A stretch of DNA of 64,000 nucleotides from Patescibacteria group bacterium (GCA_028710985.1 JAQTTB010000001.1:295397-359396), one strand, 5' to 3'. Positions 48,339 through 57,771 are shown, counted from the stretch's first letter. Translations and numbers: made by a program. The notes: a model not told the origin generated them from the letters alone.

Positions 48339-48798
48339 AAGCTCCAAATTCCAAACACCAAGCTCCAAATAAATTTCAATGGGCGAAATCCCAAAATCCA
48401 AACCCTATAATCTGGAAGAAAGAACCTTTGAATTTTCAAAGCAAGTAGCTGTTTTTTGCAAGAATTTACCCAAAACTCAAAGCAATTATGAGTATACCAG
48501 ACAGGTTATTCGATCTTCCGGATCGGTTGGTGCGAATTACATTGAAGCCAACGAAGCGTTAAGCAGCAAAGATTTCTTGATGAGAATTAAGATTTGCCGC
48601 AAGGAGGCAAAGGAAACCGCATATTGGATTGGCCTAATTATTGCGACAAACGACGCAGACCTCGAAAACGCCAAGCGACTATATGAAGAAGCCATTGAAT
48701 TAAAAAAGATATTTTCATCAATCGCAGAGAAAACAAAAAAAGTTTGAAATTTGGATTTTGGCATTTATTTGTAATTTGGTGCTTGTTATTTGGAGTTT
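48339..48798 (+). mobile_element. four-helix-bundle cassette C (TCCAAAT heptamer arms)
   Basis: left aagctccaaattccaaacaccaagctccaaataaat; right atttatttgtaatttggtgcttgttatttggagttt. Confidence 0.75.
48379..48747 (+). CDS. four helix bundle protein
   Basis: YNLEERTFEFS...QVIRSSGSVGANYIEANEALSSKDF..RIKICRKEAKETAYW. Confidence 0.93.
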   Translation: MGEIPKSKPYNLEERTFEFSKQVAVFCKNLPKTQSNYEYTRQVIRSSGSVGANYIEANEALSSKDFLMRIKICRKEAKETAYWIGLIIATNDADLENAKRLYEEAIELKKIFSSIAEKTKKV

Positions 48799-48869
48799 AG
48801 AAAGTCAGTTCTTTAAAATAATAAAAAAAGCTCTATTAACAGAGCTTGCTAATTCATAAGAGAAATAAT

Positions 48870-51377
48870 ATGGCATTCCCATATACCCCGGCGGTTCAGG
48901 ATCCATCCTCTGCCGCTCCGGACAAGCCATTTTCGGCTCAGGCGCATGCCTCTGTCGGAATCGGCAAAGTCAAGCCAGCGGGGCAAAAGCGCACGTTAGG
49001 AGAAGCTTCAAGGCTTATCCGATTTTGCGATTTTGTCATCCGCTGGTCAATCTACCTGGCGGTTTTTTTAATTCCGCTCTGGTTTTTACCGTTCACTCAG
49101 GATGCCCTTGAGATAAACAAGCAGACCCTGCTTGTAATTCTCTCGGTTATCGCGCTTCTTGCCTGGTTCGGCCGCATGATGGCCTTGCGCCAGGTTGAGT
49201 TTAAGCGGACCGTCCTGAATCTCATCGTTGCTCTTTATGTTTTGGGTTACGGCATTGTCGCCTGGTTTTCCAGCGACCGGTATTTAAGTTTTGTTGGCAC
49301 CGGTACCCTTGAGCAGTTCAGTTTCTTGTCGGTTCTTGCCTTTGCCGTCATGTACTTTGTTATTTCAAACAACGTACGCGACCTTAAGTTCGTGCGCAAT
49401 ATTCTGTACACACTGGCTGGTGCGTTAACCCTAACCTCGTTCTTCGGCATTCTGCAGATGCTCGGCGCGTATATTTTGCCCTGGGATTTCGCGCGCGTCG
49501 TTACATTCAATACAATCGGCACGATCTATGCCCTGGGCATTTTCCAAGTTATTGGACTCCTCGTGATCAATGCCCTGATTCTCGTAATGTCCGGCGGCGG
49601 CGCGGTCTTTTGTCCGGCTGGGCGCTGCGGCATCGCGAGCAAAGTGCTTTTAATTATTGCCGCGGTCTTAAATCTCATTGGTTTAATACTGCTTGATTTC
49701 TGGATTGTTTGGGTTCTTCTGATTGTGGGATCAATAATCGTACTCGCGTTTGCAATTGTCCGCGCCGGCGAATTCCGGCCCGGCGCGCCGTTCATGCTGC
49801 CCATGCTGACGCTTGTGATCGCAGTCTTGCTTCTAATCGTTAATCTTCCGCTCGGCATCAATCTTCCTGCTGAAATCAGCCCATCAACCGGCGCGAGTTT
49901 TGAAATTGCCAAATCCGCGCTTCAGGAATCGCCGCTCGTTGGTTCGGGCCCCGGCACGTTTGGTTATGACTATACCAAATTTCACTCGTCGGCCGTTAAT
50001 GCCACGATTTTTTGGAATGTGATTTTTGACCGTGCCAACTCCCATGCGCTTACACTCCTTGCGACCACCGGTCTCATTGGTCTGATGCTCTGGCTCGTTT
50101 TGATTGCCGTGGCGGCGGTGCGCGCAATTATCAATTTGTTCCGCGACAACCGTGCGGAAATCTGGCGATATATTTTAGTTATCGGTTCAGTATTTATCAC
50201 GGTGATTGTGTCGCGCTTCCTTTATTCTTCAAACTTCGTCGGTGAATTCATATTTTGGCTGTTCCTCGGCCTCGTCGGCGCCCTGATTTCGCGCGAGTGG
50301 TTTCGCGCCGATTTCAAGATTTCGCCGCGCGCCGCGCTCACCATGAGCTTTGTGTTTATTATTCTCATTGTGGGGTCGGTCTCGTTGATATACCTCGCTT
50401 GTCAGCGCTACGCCGCCGAAGTTATATTTGTTCAGGCAATTAAACTTGATCAAAACCGCGGTTCGATTGATGATGTAATCACAAAACTGAATTCCGCCGT
50501 GCGTCTCAACCGCTACGAGGACACGTATCTCCGGAATCTGTCCAGCGCGGTTACGGCAAAATTTGCAAACGAAGTGAGCGGGCAGGTACCGCAGGAAAAA
50601 GCCACCTACGTGCAATCCCTCATTAATGATATGGTAAGTATCGCCAAGGCCGCGGCCGATTTGAATCCCGCGAACAGCGCCAACTGGGCGAATCTCGGCG
50701 CAACTTACCGTAGTCTCGTGCCGTATGTTCAGGGCTCGGGCGACGCGGCCAAGGTTGCCGAAGAAAAAGTAGTTGAACTCGCGCCGACCAACCCGGTGTC
50801 TTACATTGATCTTGCCATGACGCATATCGCGGTCGCGGATTTGAATTTGGCCCTCACCCAGTCCGAGGATGAAAAGATTGCGGCTGAAGCAAAAACCATT
50901 GTTACCGAAAATCTCGCCAGGGCCGAAGAACTCCTGAATAAAGCGATTGAACTGAAACAGGATTACGCACCGGCTCATTATCAACTCGCGCTTGTCTATG
51001 ACCGTCAGGGAAAACTCGCTGAGGCGATTGTAAAAATGGAGCAAGTTGCGGCCGCTAATACCGATGACGTTGGCGTGGCTTTCCAGCTTGGCATGCTTTA
51101 TCTCCGCAATAACGATAACGACAAGGCGCGGAACGCCCTTGAATACGCGGTCAAGCTTGTGCCGAGTTATTCCAATGCCCGCTGGTTCCTGGCCACGGTT
51201 TACGAAAATCTGAAGGATATACCCAAGGCCATTGAGCAGGTGGAAAAAGTGCTTGAGCTCAATCCGGATAACGCCACCATCAAACAGCGTCTGGATAACC
51301 TGAAGCAATACGGTACTTCTCAACCGCCGTCCATTCCCGAACCCGTGAAAGAAGGCACGGCCGCGCCGCAGCGATAA
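48870..51377 (+). CDS. O-antigen ligase-like membrane protein with C-terminal TPRs
   Basis: many TM helices; FNTIG, PLVGSGPGTF, FDRANS; multiple TPR motifs. Confidence 0.8.
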   Translation: MAFPYTPAVQDPSSAAPDKPFSAQAHASVGIGKVKPAGQKRTLGEASRLIRFCDFVIRWSIYLAVFLIPLWFLPFTQDALEINKQTLLVILSVIALLAWFGRMMALRQVEFKRTVLNLIVALYVLGYGIVAWFSSDRYLSFVGTGTLEQFSFLSVLAFAVMYFVISNNVRDLKFVRNILYTLAGALTLTSFFGILQMLGAYILPWDFARVVTFNTIGTIYALGIFQVIGLLVINALILVMSGGGAVFCPAGRCGIASKVLLIIAAVLNLIGLILLDFWIVWVLLIVGSIIVLAFAIVRAGEFRPGAPFMLPMLTLVIAVLLLIVNLPLGINLPAEISPSTGASFEIAKSALQESPLVGSGPGTFGYDYTKFHSSAVNATIFWNVIFDRANSHALTLLATTGLIGLMLWLVLIAVAAVRAIINLFRDNRAEIWRYILVIGSVFITVIVSRFLYSSNFVGEFIFWLFLGLVGALISREWFRADFKISPRAALTMSFVFIILIVGSVSLIYLACQRYAAEVIFVQAIKLDQNRGSIDDVITKLNSAVRLNRYEDTYLRNLSSAVTAKFANEVSGQVPQEKATYVQSLINDMVSIAKAAADLNPANSANWANLGATYRSLVPYVQGSGDAAKVAEEKVVELAPTNPVSYIDLAMTHIAVADLNLALTQSEDEKIAAEAKTIVTENLARAEELLNKAIELKQDYAPAHYQLALVYDRQGKLAEAIVKMEQVAAANTDDVGVAFQLGMLYLRNNDNDKARNALEYAVKLVPSYSNARWFLATVYENLKDIPKAIEQVEKVLELNPDNATIKQRLDNLKQYGTSQPPSIPEPVKEGTAAPQR

Positions 51378-51423
51378 AAATAAAAAAAGAGAGGCTTTAC
51401 CAAATATTGCCTCTCTTTTTGTA

Positions 51424-51452
51424 TTGACAATCAAGGCGCTTTACCCTAAAAT
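51424..51452 (+). promoter_or_regulatory. sigma70 promoter in front of the outer tRNA-Ala relic
   Basis: TTGACA-17-TAAAAT. Confidence 0.8.
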
Positions 51453-51464
51453 ACCATACATCAC

Positions 51465-51764
51465 GGGCCGTTAGCTTCCGCCTTCGCTCTCGTTTTACTC
51501 GAGCTACGGCGGACAGGCAGCTGGTGTTCGTCTTGAAGCATATGCTATTAATTATAGTTTAATCAGTGGGCTCGTAGCTCAGTTGGTAGAGCGCCTCCAT
51601 GGCATGGAGGAGGTCAGGAGTTCGAGACTCCTCGGGTCCACTGATTAAATTATTTTTTATTCAATATTCGCTGAAGTAGGCATGCCTGTCCGCCGAAGTA
51701 CCGATAGCAATCGGGACGTAGGCGGAGAAGAGGTCACCCCGACATAACGTCGGGGTCGGGACCA
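51465..51764 (+). pseudogene. outer, fragmented tRNA-Ala relic enclosing the intact tRNA-Ala
   Basis: GGGCCGTTAGCT[41-nt REP]CAGCTGGT ... GGCATG[42-nt REP]GAAGAGGTCA[19-nt hairpin]TCGGGACCA. Confidence 0.78.
51568..51640 (+). tRNA. tRNA-Ala(GGC), CCA not encoded
   Basis: GGGCTCG/CGGGTCC acceptor stem with G3:U70; CCTCC-AT-GGC-AT-GGAGG anticodon arm; TTCGAG T-loop. Confidence 0.96.
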
Positions 51765-51774
51765 AAATAATACT

Positions 51775-52362
51775 ATGCCCATTCCATCGCGCGAACTCGG
51801 CCGCCGTTCCATCCGGTTAAAAGGATATGATTATTCCCGACCCGGATTTTATTTTGTGACGCTTTGCACGTTTCAGAGAGTGTGTTTGTTTGGCGAAATA
51901 GTGGATGATCAGATGATTTTGAACAGGCTTGGTAAAATCATAATTGATGAATGGCGCAATATTCATAAGCGATACAGCGAAGTCGCTTTGGATAAATATA
52001 TTATAATGCCAAATCATATTCATGGAATTATTCAAATTAATGTAGGGGCGACCCTTGCGGTCGCCCCGAATAGGGCGGACCGTTCAGGCGCATGGGTCAG
52101 GGCAGGCGCAAGGCCTGCCCCTACAGCGCACGATATAAGTTTGGGAGATATTATAGGGTCATTCAAATCATTGTGCGTCAATGAATGGATAAAGAATAAT
52201 GCGAATGACCCGATTCGCCAGGCCGCAAATATTTGGCAGCGCAATTATTACGAACGCATTATCCGTACGTTAGCCGAATTATCAGAAACACGCAAATATA
52301 TTCAAGAAAATCCTATAAAATGGCAGGCGGATGACAATCATCCGGACAATTTTAAAAAATAA
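51775..52362 (+). CDS. REP-associated tyrosine transposase (RAYT, IS200-like HUH Y1)
   Basis: RRSIRLKGYDYS..GFYFVTLCT, MPNHIHGII (HUH), WQRNYYERIIR, YIQENP. Confidence 0.92.
   Translation: MPIPSRELGRRSIRLKGYDYSRPGFYFVTLCTFQRVCLFGEIVDDQMILNRLGKIIIDEWRNIHKRYSEVALDKYIIMPNHIHGIIQINVGATLAVAPNRADRSGAWVRAGARPAPTAHDISLGDIIGSFKSLCVNEWIKNNANDPIRQAANIWQRNYYERIIRTLAELSETRKYIQENPIKWQADDNHPDNFKK
52042..52124. repeat. GTAG-type REP doublet in-frame inside the RAYT gene
   Basis: gtaggggcgacccttgcggtcgccc ... gggcaggcgcaaggcctgcccctac. Confidence 0.85.
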
Positions 52363-52364
52363 CC

Positions 52365-52407
52365 GTAGGGGCGACCCTTGCGGTCGCCCCGTATAGCGCG
52401 GTCGCCC
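52365..52407 (+). repeat. GTAG-type REP immediately downstream of RAYT
   Basis: gtaggggcgacccttgcggtcgcccc, identical to the internal copy, plus partial gcggtcgccc. Confidence 0.85.
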
Positions 52408-52450
52408 AGATAAAAACATTGCGTCAATTTATTTATAATCACCCCATAAT

Positions 52451-53530
52451 ATGTCTCTCAAGGTCGGCATCGTCGGATTGCCAAATGTCGGAAAATCAAC
52501 CCTTTTCAAAGCGCTCACGCGCAAGAGCGTTGATATTGCGAATTATCCGTTCTGCACCATTGAACCCAATGTCGGGGTGGTTGAGGTGCCGGACGAGCGG
52601 CTCGCTCGCCTTGCCGCGGTTTCCAAGCCGGCGCGCATCGTGCCGGCCGTGATTGAATTCGTTGATATTGCCGGGCTCGTGGCCGGCGCGAGCCGGGGCG
52701 AAGGCCTGGGCAATAAATTTCTTTCGCATATCCGCGAGGTTGACGCCGTCTGCCAGGTGGTGCGCGTTTTCCGCGATCCCAACGTCACGCACGTGCATGA
52801 TAAAATCGATCCCAAGAACGACATTGAAATCATCAATACCGAGCTAATCATGGCGGATCTGGAGACAATAAAGCGCCGCGACGAAACCTTGGCCGCAAAA
52901 GCCAAAGCCGGCTTGAATCCGGCGCTGGAAAAAAGTATCGGTACTATTAAAAAAATAATCTCCGCGCTTGAACGCGGCGAGCTTGCGAATTCACTGGAGC
53001 TTGACGAAGAAGAGCGCGAATCCGTCTACGACCTGCACCTTCTCACCGCCAAGCCGTTTGTCTATGCCGTAAATTGCGACGAGGAGCAGATTAAAAATAA
53101 AAACTGGCAGCATGGACTGCCAGCGGGGCTTGAATACGTTCCATTTTGCGCCAAGCTTGAGGCCGAAATCGCCGATCTTCCGCCCGCCGAAGCCGGGGAT
53201 TTCGTCACTGCCCTGGGGTGGGAACACGGCTGCCTGGATTCATTGATTGTTTCCTGCTACAAAATTTTGGATCTCATTACATTTCTTACCACCGGGCCGG
53301 ATGAAACCCGCGCCTGGACGGTCCGCGCAGGGGCCAAGGCACCGGAAGCCGCCGGAGTGATTCACACGGATTTTGAAAAAGGATTCATCCGCGCCGAAGT
53401 CTGCGATTGGAAAAAATATGTTGAAGCCGGGAGCGAGGCCGCAGCCAAAGCCTCGGGCTGGGTGCGCACCGAAGGCAGAGACTATATCATCCAGGACGGC
53501 GACGTGTGTTATTTTCTCTGCAACAAATAA
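52451..53530 (+). CDS. ychF: redox-regulated ATPase YchF
   Basis: GIVGLPNVGKST, ANYPFCTIEPN, DIAGLV, GEGLGNKFL, AGVIHTDFEKGFIRAE. Confidence 0.98.
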   Translation: MSLKVGIVGLPNVGKSTLFKALTRKSVDIANYPFCTIEPNVGVVEVPDERLARLAAVSKPARIVPAVIEFVDIAGLVAGASRGEGLGNKFLSHIREVDAVCQVVRVFRDPNVTHVHDKIDPKNDIEIINTELIMADLETIKRRDETLAAKAKAGLNPALEKSIGTIKKIISALERGELANSLELDEEERESVYDLHLLTAKPFVYAVNCDEEQIKNKNWQHGLPAGLEYVPFCAKLEAEIADLPPAEAGDFVTALGWEHGCLDSLIVSCYKILDLITFLTTGPDETRAWTVRAGAKAPEAAGVIHTDFEKGFIRAEVCDWKKYVEAGSEAAAKASGWVRTEGRDYIIQDGDVCYFLCNK

Positions 53531-53531
53531 A

Positions 53532-54719
53532 TTAAATTTTTTTGAGTATCAGTATCTCCCGCCCCACGATTTGTCCGGGGCGAGAGTACAGAATAGTGTG
53601 GCGGATGGTCTGTTCCGGAAAAATTTGTCCATTTTCCACGATCGGGTTCACGATTTCAAAGCCCGATTTTTTTATTTCCCACAGAATATTAATAAAAATA
53701 TTGGTTTTTAGCATAAAGACCGGCGCAACTATGACCGCGCGCCCGGATTTTTTTAATATTTTGGCAAAAACCGAGAACATTTTGGCATAAAGCTTTTCAA
53801 GTTCGTTTTTTATTTTGCGGGCGTCGTTTTCCCGCACGCTCCGGCGAAGCGGGGGGCCGAGATAAGGCTCGGTTACAATAGCGCTGACGGAATTTGGCGC
53901 GATTTGTTTTTCAAGAAGCCGCGCGTCGCACGAAAAAAGCTGGATCTTCGCGTCGCGGGCGAGCATATCCTGGTCTTTGAGCCAGTTAAAATTTTTGCGC
54001 GTGTCTTCTATGGCTTTTTCGCTCACGTCCGAACCGATTACATTAAACCCCATGAGCGCGGCTTCCATGAGAATCGTGCCGGATCCGCAGAATGGATCAA
54101 GCAGTACGCCGGACTTGTCCGCGGCTGCGAGATTAATCATGATTTTCGCAAGCTTTGGCGGCATCATGCCCGCGAGCTCGTCTTTTGCCGGCCGGTCCCA
54201 GTCGCGCCGGGATAATTCTTCAAACGGCTGGCAGGTCACGGTTTTGCCGACGAGGATTGAATCATCAAATTTAAAACAATTCAATTCAACGCCACTCTTG
54301 TTCAAGATTTCTTTTTGGGCGATGACGCTTGAAAGCGCGGGTTCGCGCGAGGCAACGAGTCGCGCGCTCACGCCCGCGGACCGGAGCGCTTTTTTGACAG
54401 CTAGCGCGTCAAATTTAAAGCCGTAATTATTGACGCCAAAATTTAATTTTTTGATGCCCGACGAATCGGAGAGTAACCGCGTGAGATCCTGCGGCAGTGA
54501 GGCCGGATTTGATTCCAAAACAACTTGGCCGATTTTTACCGTACCGCCAAGCTGCTTCTGCAGGCCGGCCGGGTCAAGCGGGGATTGGGTTTCAACAATA
54601 AAAAATCCCGGGCCGTGCCGCCGTCCGGTAATCCGGCCGGCAAGTACGGATTCGATTTCCGCGGTGGATAAGGCCGCGTTCCGTCCGAGCATAAAGAAAT
54701 ATGCATTGGTCGTTTTCAT
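53532..54719 (-). CDS. SAM-dependent RNA methyltransferase (Trm11/TrmG10-like)
   Basis: GMMPPKLAKIMINLA, LLDPFCGSGTILMEA, IVTEPYLG. Confidence 0.8.
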   Translation of the reverse strand: MKTTNAYFFMLGRNAALSTAEIESVLAGRITGRRHGPGFFIVETQSPLDPAGLQKQLGGTVKIGQVVLESNPASLPQDLTRLLSDSSGIKKLNFGVNNYGFKFDALAVKKALRSAGVSARLVASREPALSSVIAQKEILNKSGVELNCFKFDDSILVGKTVTCQPFEELSRRDWDRPAKDELAGMMPPKLAKIMINLAAADKSGVLLDPFCGSGTILMEAALMGFNVIGSDVSEKAIEDTRKNFNWLKDQDMLARDAKIQLFSCDARLLEKQIAPNSVSAIVTEPYLGPPLRRSVRENDARKIKNELEKLYAKMFSVFAKILKKSGRAVIVAPVFMLKTNIFINILWEIKKSGFEIVNPIVENGQIFPEQTIRHTILYSRPGQIVGREILILKKI

Positions 54720-54828
54720 ACTGTTATAAAAATTCTACATCAAATCCGAGTGTTTTGCGAGTTTTTTGCCAAAATGCGTCAAAAATCCGTGGGTCCGGGT
54801 GTCGGGAATAGTCTTCAACATTTGAAAT

Positions 54829-54959
54829 TTGACGCTTATTTTAGCTAAATTTATAATATAATTAGGAATTGGCCAATTCCGAACAAGCGTTCTTTGACAA
54901 GAATTTCACGAGCTTTTGTCCGGCCGGCTCTTGACGGCCGGACATTTCCCCGCTAAAAT
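54829..54959 (+). promoter_or_regulatory. two tandem sigma70 promoters for rpsF-ssb-rpsR
   Basis: TTGACG-17-TATAAT (54829-54857) and TTGACG-17-TAAAAT (54931-54959). Confidence 0.65.
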
Positions 54960-55057
54960 AAGGTTACTTTATTAATTCTTAAGTCCATAGGGTCCAAAAG
55001 ACTCTTTTCGCGGTTCTCCCGATTGCGATCGGGATCGGGATACGCGGAACAAACACT

Positions 55058-55546
55058 ATGAACTACGAACTACTTTATATTATATCTGCGCAGTATACGG
55101 ACGACGAAGTGGCCGGTCTCAAAGACAAGGTCACCGCGGCGCTCCAGAAATCGCCGATTAATATATTAACCAACGAGAACCTGGGGAAGCTCAAGCTTGC
55201 ATATCCAATCAAGCACGCGCGCCACGGGTTTTATATTTTAGTTGAGTTTGAAACCGAACCCGCCGCGGTCCGCGGCCTTGAGCGCGAAATCCGCCTGATG
55301 CCCGAAGTGCTCCGCCATCAGCTTATTAGTCTCGGCGCAAAGCGTCCGAGCGATGAGGCGAGAAAGGCCATTAGAATGATTTCCTACGAAGAGCCGGAGC
55401 CGGATGCCGTGCGTGAGCCGGCGCCCCGATCCCGATCGCAATCGGGAGGGCCGAGAACCGCTCCGCGCCCCGCTCCGAAGAAAGTAAATCTCGAGGAGTT
55501 GGACAAAAAGCTTGATGAAATTCTTGAGAGCGACGTGAAAATCTAA
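55058..55546 (+). CDS. rpsF: 30S ribosomal protein S6 with C-terminal extension
   Basis: [29 protein letters not shown]. Confidence 0.95.
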   Translation: MNYELLYIISAQYTDDEVAGLKDKVTAALQKSPINILTNENLGKLKLAYPIKHARHGFYILVEFETEPAAVRGLEREIRLMPEVLRHQLISLGAKRPSDEARKAIRMISYEEPEPDAVREPAPRSRSQSGGPRTAPRPAPKKVNLEELDKKLDEILESDVKI

Positions 55547-55563
55547 GAAATCAACCCAAATAT

Positions 55564-55977
55564 ATGAATTTAAATAAAGCAATGATTATCGGGAATCTTA
55601 CCCGCGATCCCGAACTTCGCACCACTCCGAGCGGCGCTTCGGTCACTTCCTTCGGCGTCGCCACCAACCATACCTGGACTGACCAGCAGGGCAACCGCCA
55701 GGAAAAGGCTGAATACCACAACATTGTCGCCTGGGGCAAGCTCGCCGAAATCTGCTCGCAGTATCTTGCCAAGGGGCGCAAGGTTTATATCGAGGGGCGC
55801 CTGCAGACCCGCGACTGGGAAGGCCAGGACGGCGTCAAACGCTACCGCACCGAAATCGTGGCCGAGAACATGATTATGCTTGACCGCGGCCAGGGTCCGC
55901 GCGCGCCGGGCGAAGTTCAGAGTGAAGCGCCGGCCATGCCCGAAGAAGAGGTTAAAAAAGAAGACATTCCGTTTTAA
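55564..55977 (+). CDS. ssb: single-stranded DNA-binding protein
   Basis: [29 protein letters not shown]-terminal DIPF. Confidence 0.98.
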   Translation: MNLNKAMIIGNLTRDPELRTTPSGASVTSFGVATNHTWTDQQGNRQEKAEYHNIVAWGKLAEICSQYLAKGRKVYIEGRLQTRDWEGQDGVKRYRTEIVAENMIMLDRGQGPRAPGEVQSEAPAMPEEEVKKEDIPF

Positions 55978-55983
55978 AACAAT

Positions 55984-56211
55984 ATGGCAATCTCACAAAA
56001 ACCAAAAGAAGACCGGCGCTGCTATTTCTGCGCCAACAATTTTCCGGAAATTGATTATAAGGATACGCAGCTCCTGCGCCGTTTTATTTCGTCATATGGC
56101 AAGATTGTGCCGCGCCGCAAGAGTGGAGCTTGCTCCAAGCACCAGCGCCAGCTGGCCACGGCGATTAAACGGGCGAGGATAATGGCGCTCTTGCCTTTTG
56201 TCCCTAAGTAA
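55984..56211 (+). CDS. rpsR: 30S ribosomal protein S18
   Basis: [34 protein letters not shown]. Confidence 0.98.
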   Translation: MAISQKPKEDRRCYFCANNFPEIDYKDTQLLRRFISSYGKIVPRRKSGACSKHQRQLATAIKRARIMALLPFVPK

Positions 56212-56219
56212 TTTTTTCC

Positions 56220-56250
56220 CAAAACCCCGCTTCTAACGAGGCGGGGTTTT
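56220..56250 (+). terminator. intrinsic terminator
   Basis: caaaaccccgc...gcggggttttg. Confidence 0.7.
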
Positions 56251-56260
56251 GCTGTTATCT

Positions 56261-57337
56261 ATGGCAAACTCAAATTCCATGAAAAATGAATCAGTCCGCG
56301 CGAAATTCGAGTGCCGCGCCGAGATCATTGACGCAATCCGCGCCTTTTTTAAAGGTCGCGGCTATCTTGAGGTGGAAACACCCAAGGTCGTTGCGTTCCC
56401 CGGCCAGGAGCCAAATCTTGTTTCGTTTGAAACCGCGGTTCTGGACGAACGTGGAAAAAGTTTCTCTGGATATCTTATCACCTCACCCGAGTTTTCCATA
56501 AAGAAAATGCTTTCGGCAGGTTTTACCAAGGTTTTTGAAATGGGAAAATGCTTCCGCAACGGCGAGCCCTGGGGTGGTGATCACAATCCGGAATTTACCA
56601 TGCTCGAGTGGTACGCGTGCGGTATGGATTACCGGGGACTCATGGATGAAACCGAAGAGCTGGTTTGCGCCGTTAATCAGAAAATCAATAATTCCGAGAA
56701 AATTCAATATCAGGGACGGACCGTGAATCTCGCGCGGCCCTGGACCCGGATGAGCGTGGCCGAAGCGTTTAAGAAATGGACCAGTATTGATCTTGCGGCG
56801 AATCTTGAAGCCAATCGGCTCGCCGAGCGCGCCCGCGAAATCGGAATTGAGGTAACCGAGAGCGACAGCCTTAGTGACATTTTTTTCAAAATATTCTTAT
56901 CGCGCATTGAAACCGAGTTTCCCAAGGACGCGCCATTGATTCTGTATGATTATCCCACGGCCTTGGGTGCTCTGGCGCGTCGGCGCAGTGATGACCCGCG
57001 TTTTGCCGAGCGGTTTGAAGTGTACATCGCCGGCATGGAGCTTGCGAACGCCTTTTCCGAGCTCACCGATCCGGTTGAACAGAGGCAGAGATTCTTGGCG
57101 GAACAGGAAGAGCGTGGGCGCAACAATCTCCCGGTTTATCCGATTGACGAAGACTTCCTTTCCGCGCTTGCAACCCTTCCGCCGTCCGCCGGCATCGCTC
57201 TCGGCGTCGACCGGCTGGTTATGCTGCTTCTTGACGCCGCGGATATCAATGACGTGATCGCTTTCGGGGCCGGAGACATATTTAGTCAAAAGTCTAAAGT
57301 TAAAAGTCAAGTCCAAAGTCATCGAGTTCAATCTTAA
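56261..57337 (+). CDS. epmA: EF-P lysine aminoacylase (GenX/PoxA)
   Basis: LITSPEF, CFRNGE, HNPEFTMLEWY, AERFEVY, ELANAFSEL, GIALGVDRL; no anticodon domain; near efp. Confidence 0.93.
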   Translation: MANSNSMKNESVRAKFECRAEIIDAIRAFFKGRGYLEVETPKVVAFPGQEPNLVSFETAVLDERGKSFSGYLITSPEFSIKKMLSAGFTKVFEMGKCFRNGEPWGGDHNPEFTMLEWYACGMDYRGLMDETEELVCAVNQKINNSEKIQYQGRTVNLARPWTRMSVAEAFKKWTSIDLAANLEANRLAERAREIGIEVTESDSLSDIFFKIFLSRIETEFPKDAPLILYDYPTALGALARRRSDDPRFAERFEVYIAGMELANAFSELTDPVEQRQRFLAEQEERGRNNLPVYPIDEDFLSALATLPPSAGIALGVDRLVMLLLDAADINDVIAFGAGDIFSQKSKVKSQVQSHRVQS

Positions 57338-57771
57338 ATCCAATATGGCAAGCAATAAGGAATTTAGCGACCAGTTCAAAAGAAGAATATATAAGTTTAT
57401 TCTGGACTTAATAAAATATACCGATACCCTAGCGCAAGATAATTCACTCTGCCGCGTCGCGACCAACCAGCTACTGCGATGCGGAACAAGCGTCGGCGCT
57501 AACTATATAGAAGCCATCGCGAGCGCCTCAAGAAAAGAATTCACCAACTTTTTATCAATTTCGCTGAAATCAGCAAACGAAACAAAATTTTGGCTTGCTC
57601 TCTTACGGGATTCCAATCGGGGAAGCACCGATGAAATAAACAAGCTCTTAAAAGAAATCATGGAAATATCAAACATGCTCGGTTCCAGTATCCGGACATT
57701 GAGAGTAAAGTGATTGGACTAATAAACTTTAAACTTGACTTAAGATTTTTAACTTTTGACTTTAGACTAAA
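57281..57771 (+). mobile_element. four-helix-bundle cassette D (AAAAGTC heptamer arms)
   Basis: left tttagtcaaaagtctaaagttaaaagtcaagt; right acttgacttaagatttttaacttttgactttagactaaa. Confidence 0.75.
57345..57713 (+). CDS. four helix bundle protein
   Basis: QLLRCGTSVGANYIEA..SASRKEFTNFLSISLKSANETKFWL.LLRD. Confidence 0.93.
   Translation: MASNKEFSDQFKRRIYKFILDLIKYTDTLAQDNSLCRVATNQLLRCGTSVGANYIEAIASASRKEFTNFLSISLKSANETKFWLALLRDSNRGSTDEINKLLKEIMEISNMLGSSIRTLRVK

Noticed and set aside
50229-51434. 401-aa minus-strand ORF
   Set aside because: Antisense shadow of the TPR membrane protein gene with no recognisable motifs; the same applies to most short overlapping ORFs in the track.
51465-51764. 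Self-splicing group I intron in a tRNA
   Set aside because: No recognisable group I core, and the outer exons are interrupted and incomplete, so splicing would not give a functional tRNA.
54980-55052. S6:S18 ribosomal leader upstream of rpsF
   Set aside because: A hairpin is present but contains a REP-like ccgattgcgatcgg segment, and I cannot match the known motif by eye; needs cmscan.
15744-57713. Diversity-generating retroelement suggested by Avd-like proteins
   Set aside because: No reverse transcriptase and no TR/VR pair with adenine-specific differences was seen in the window.
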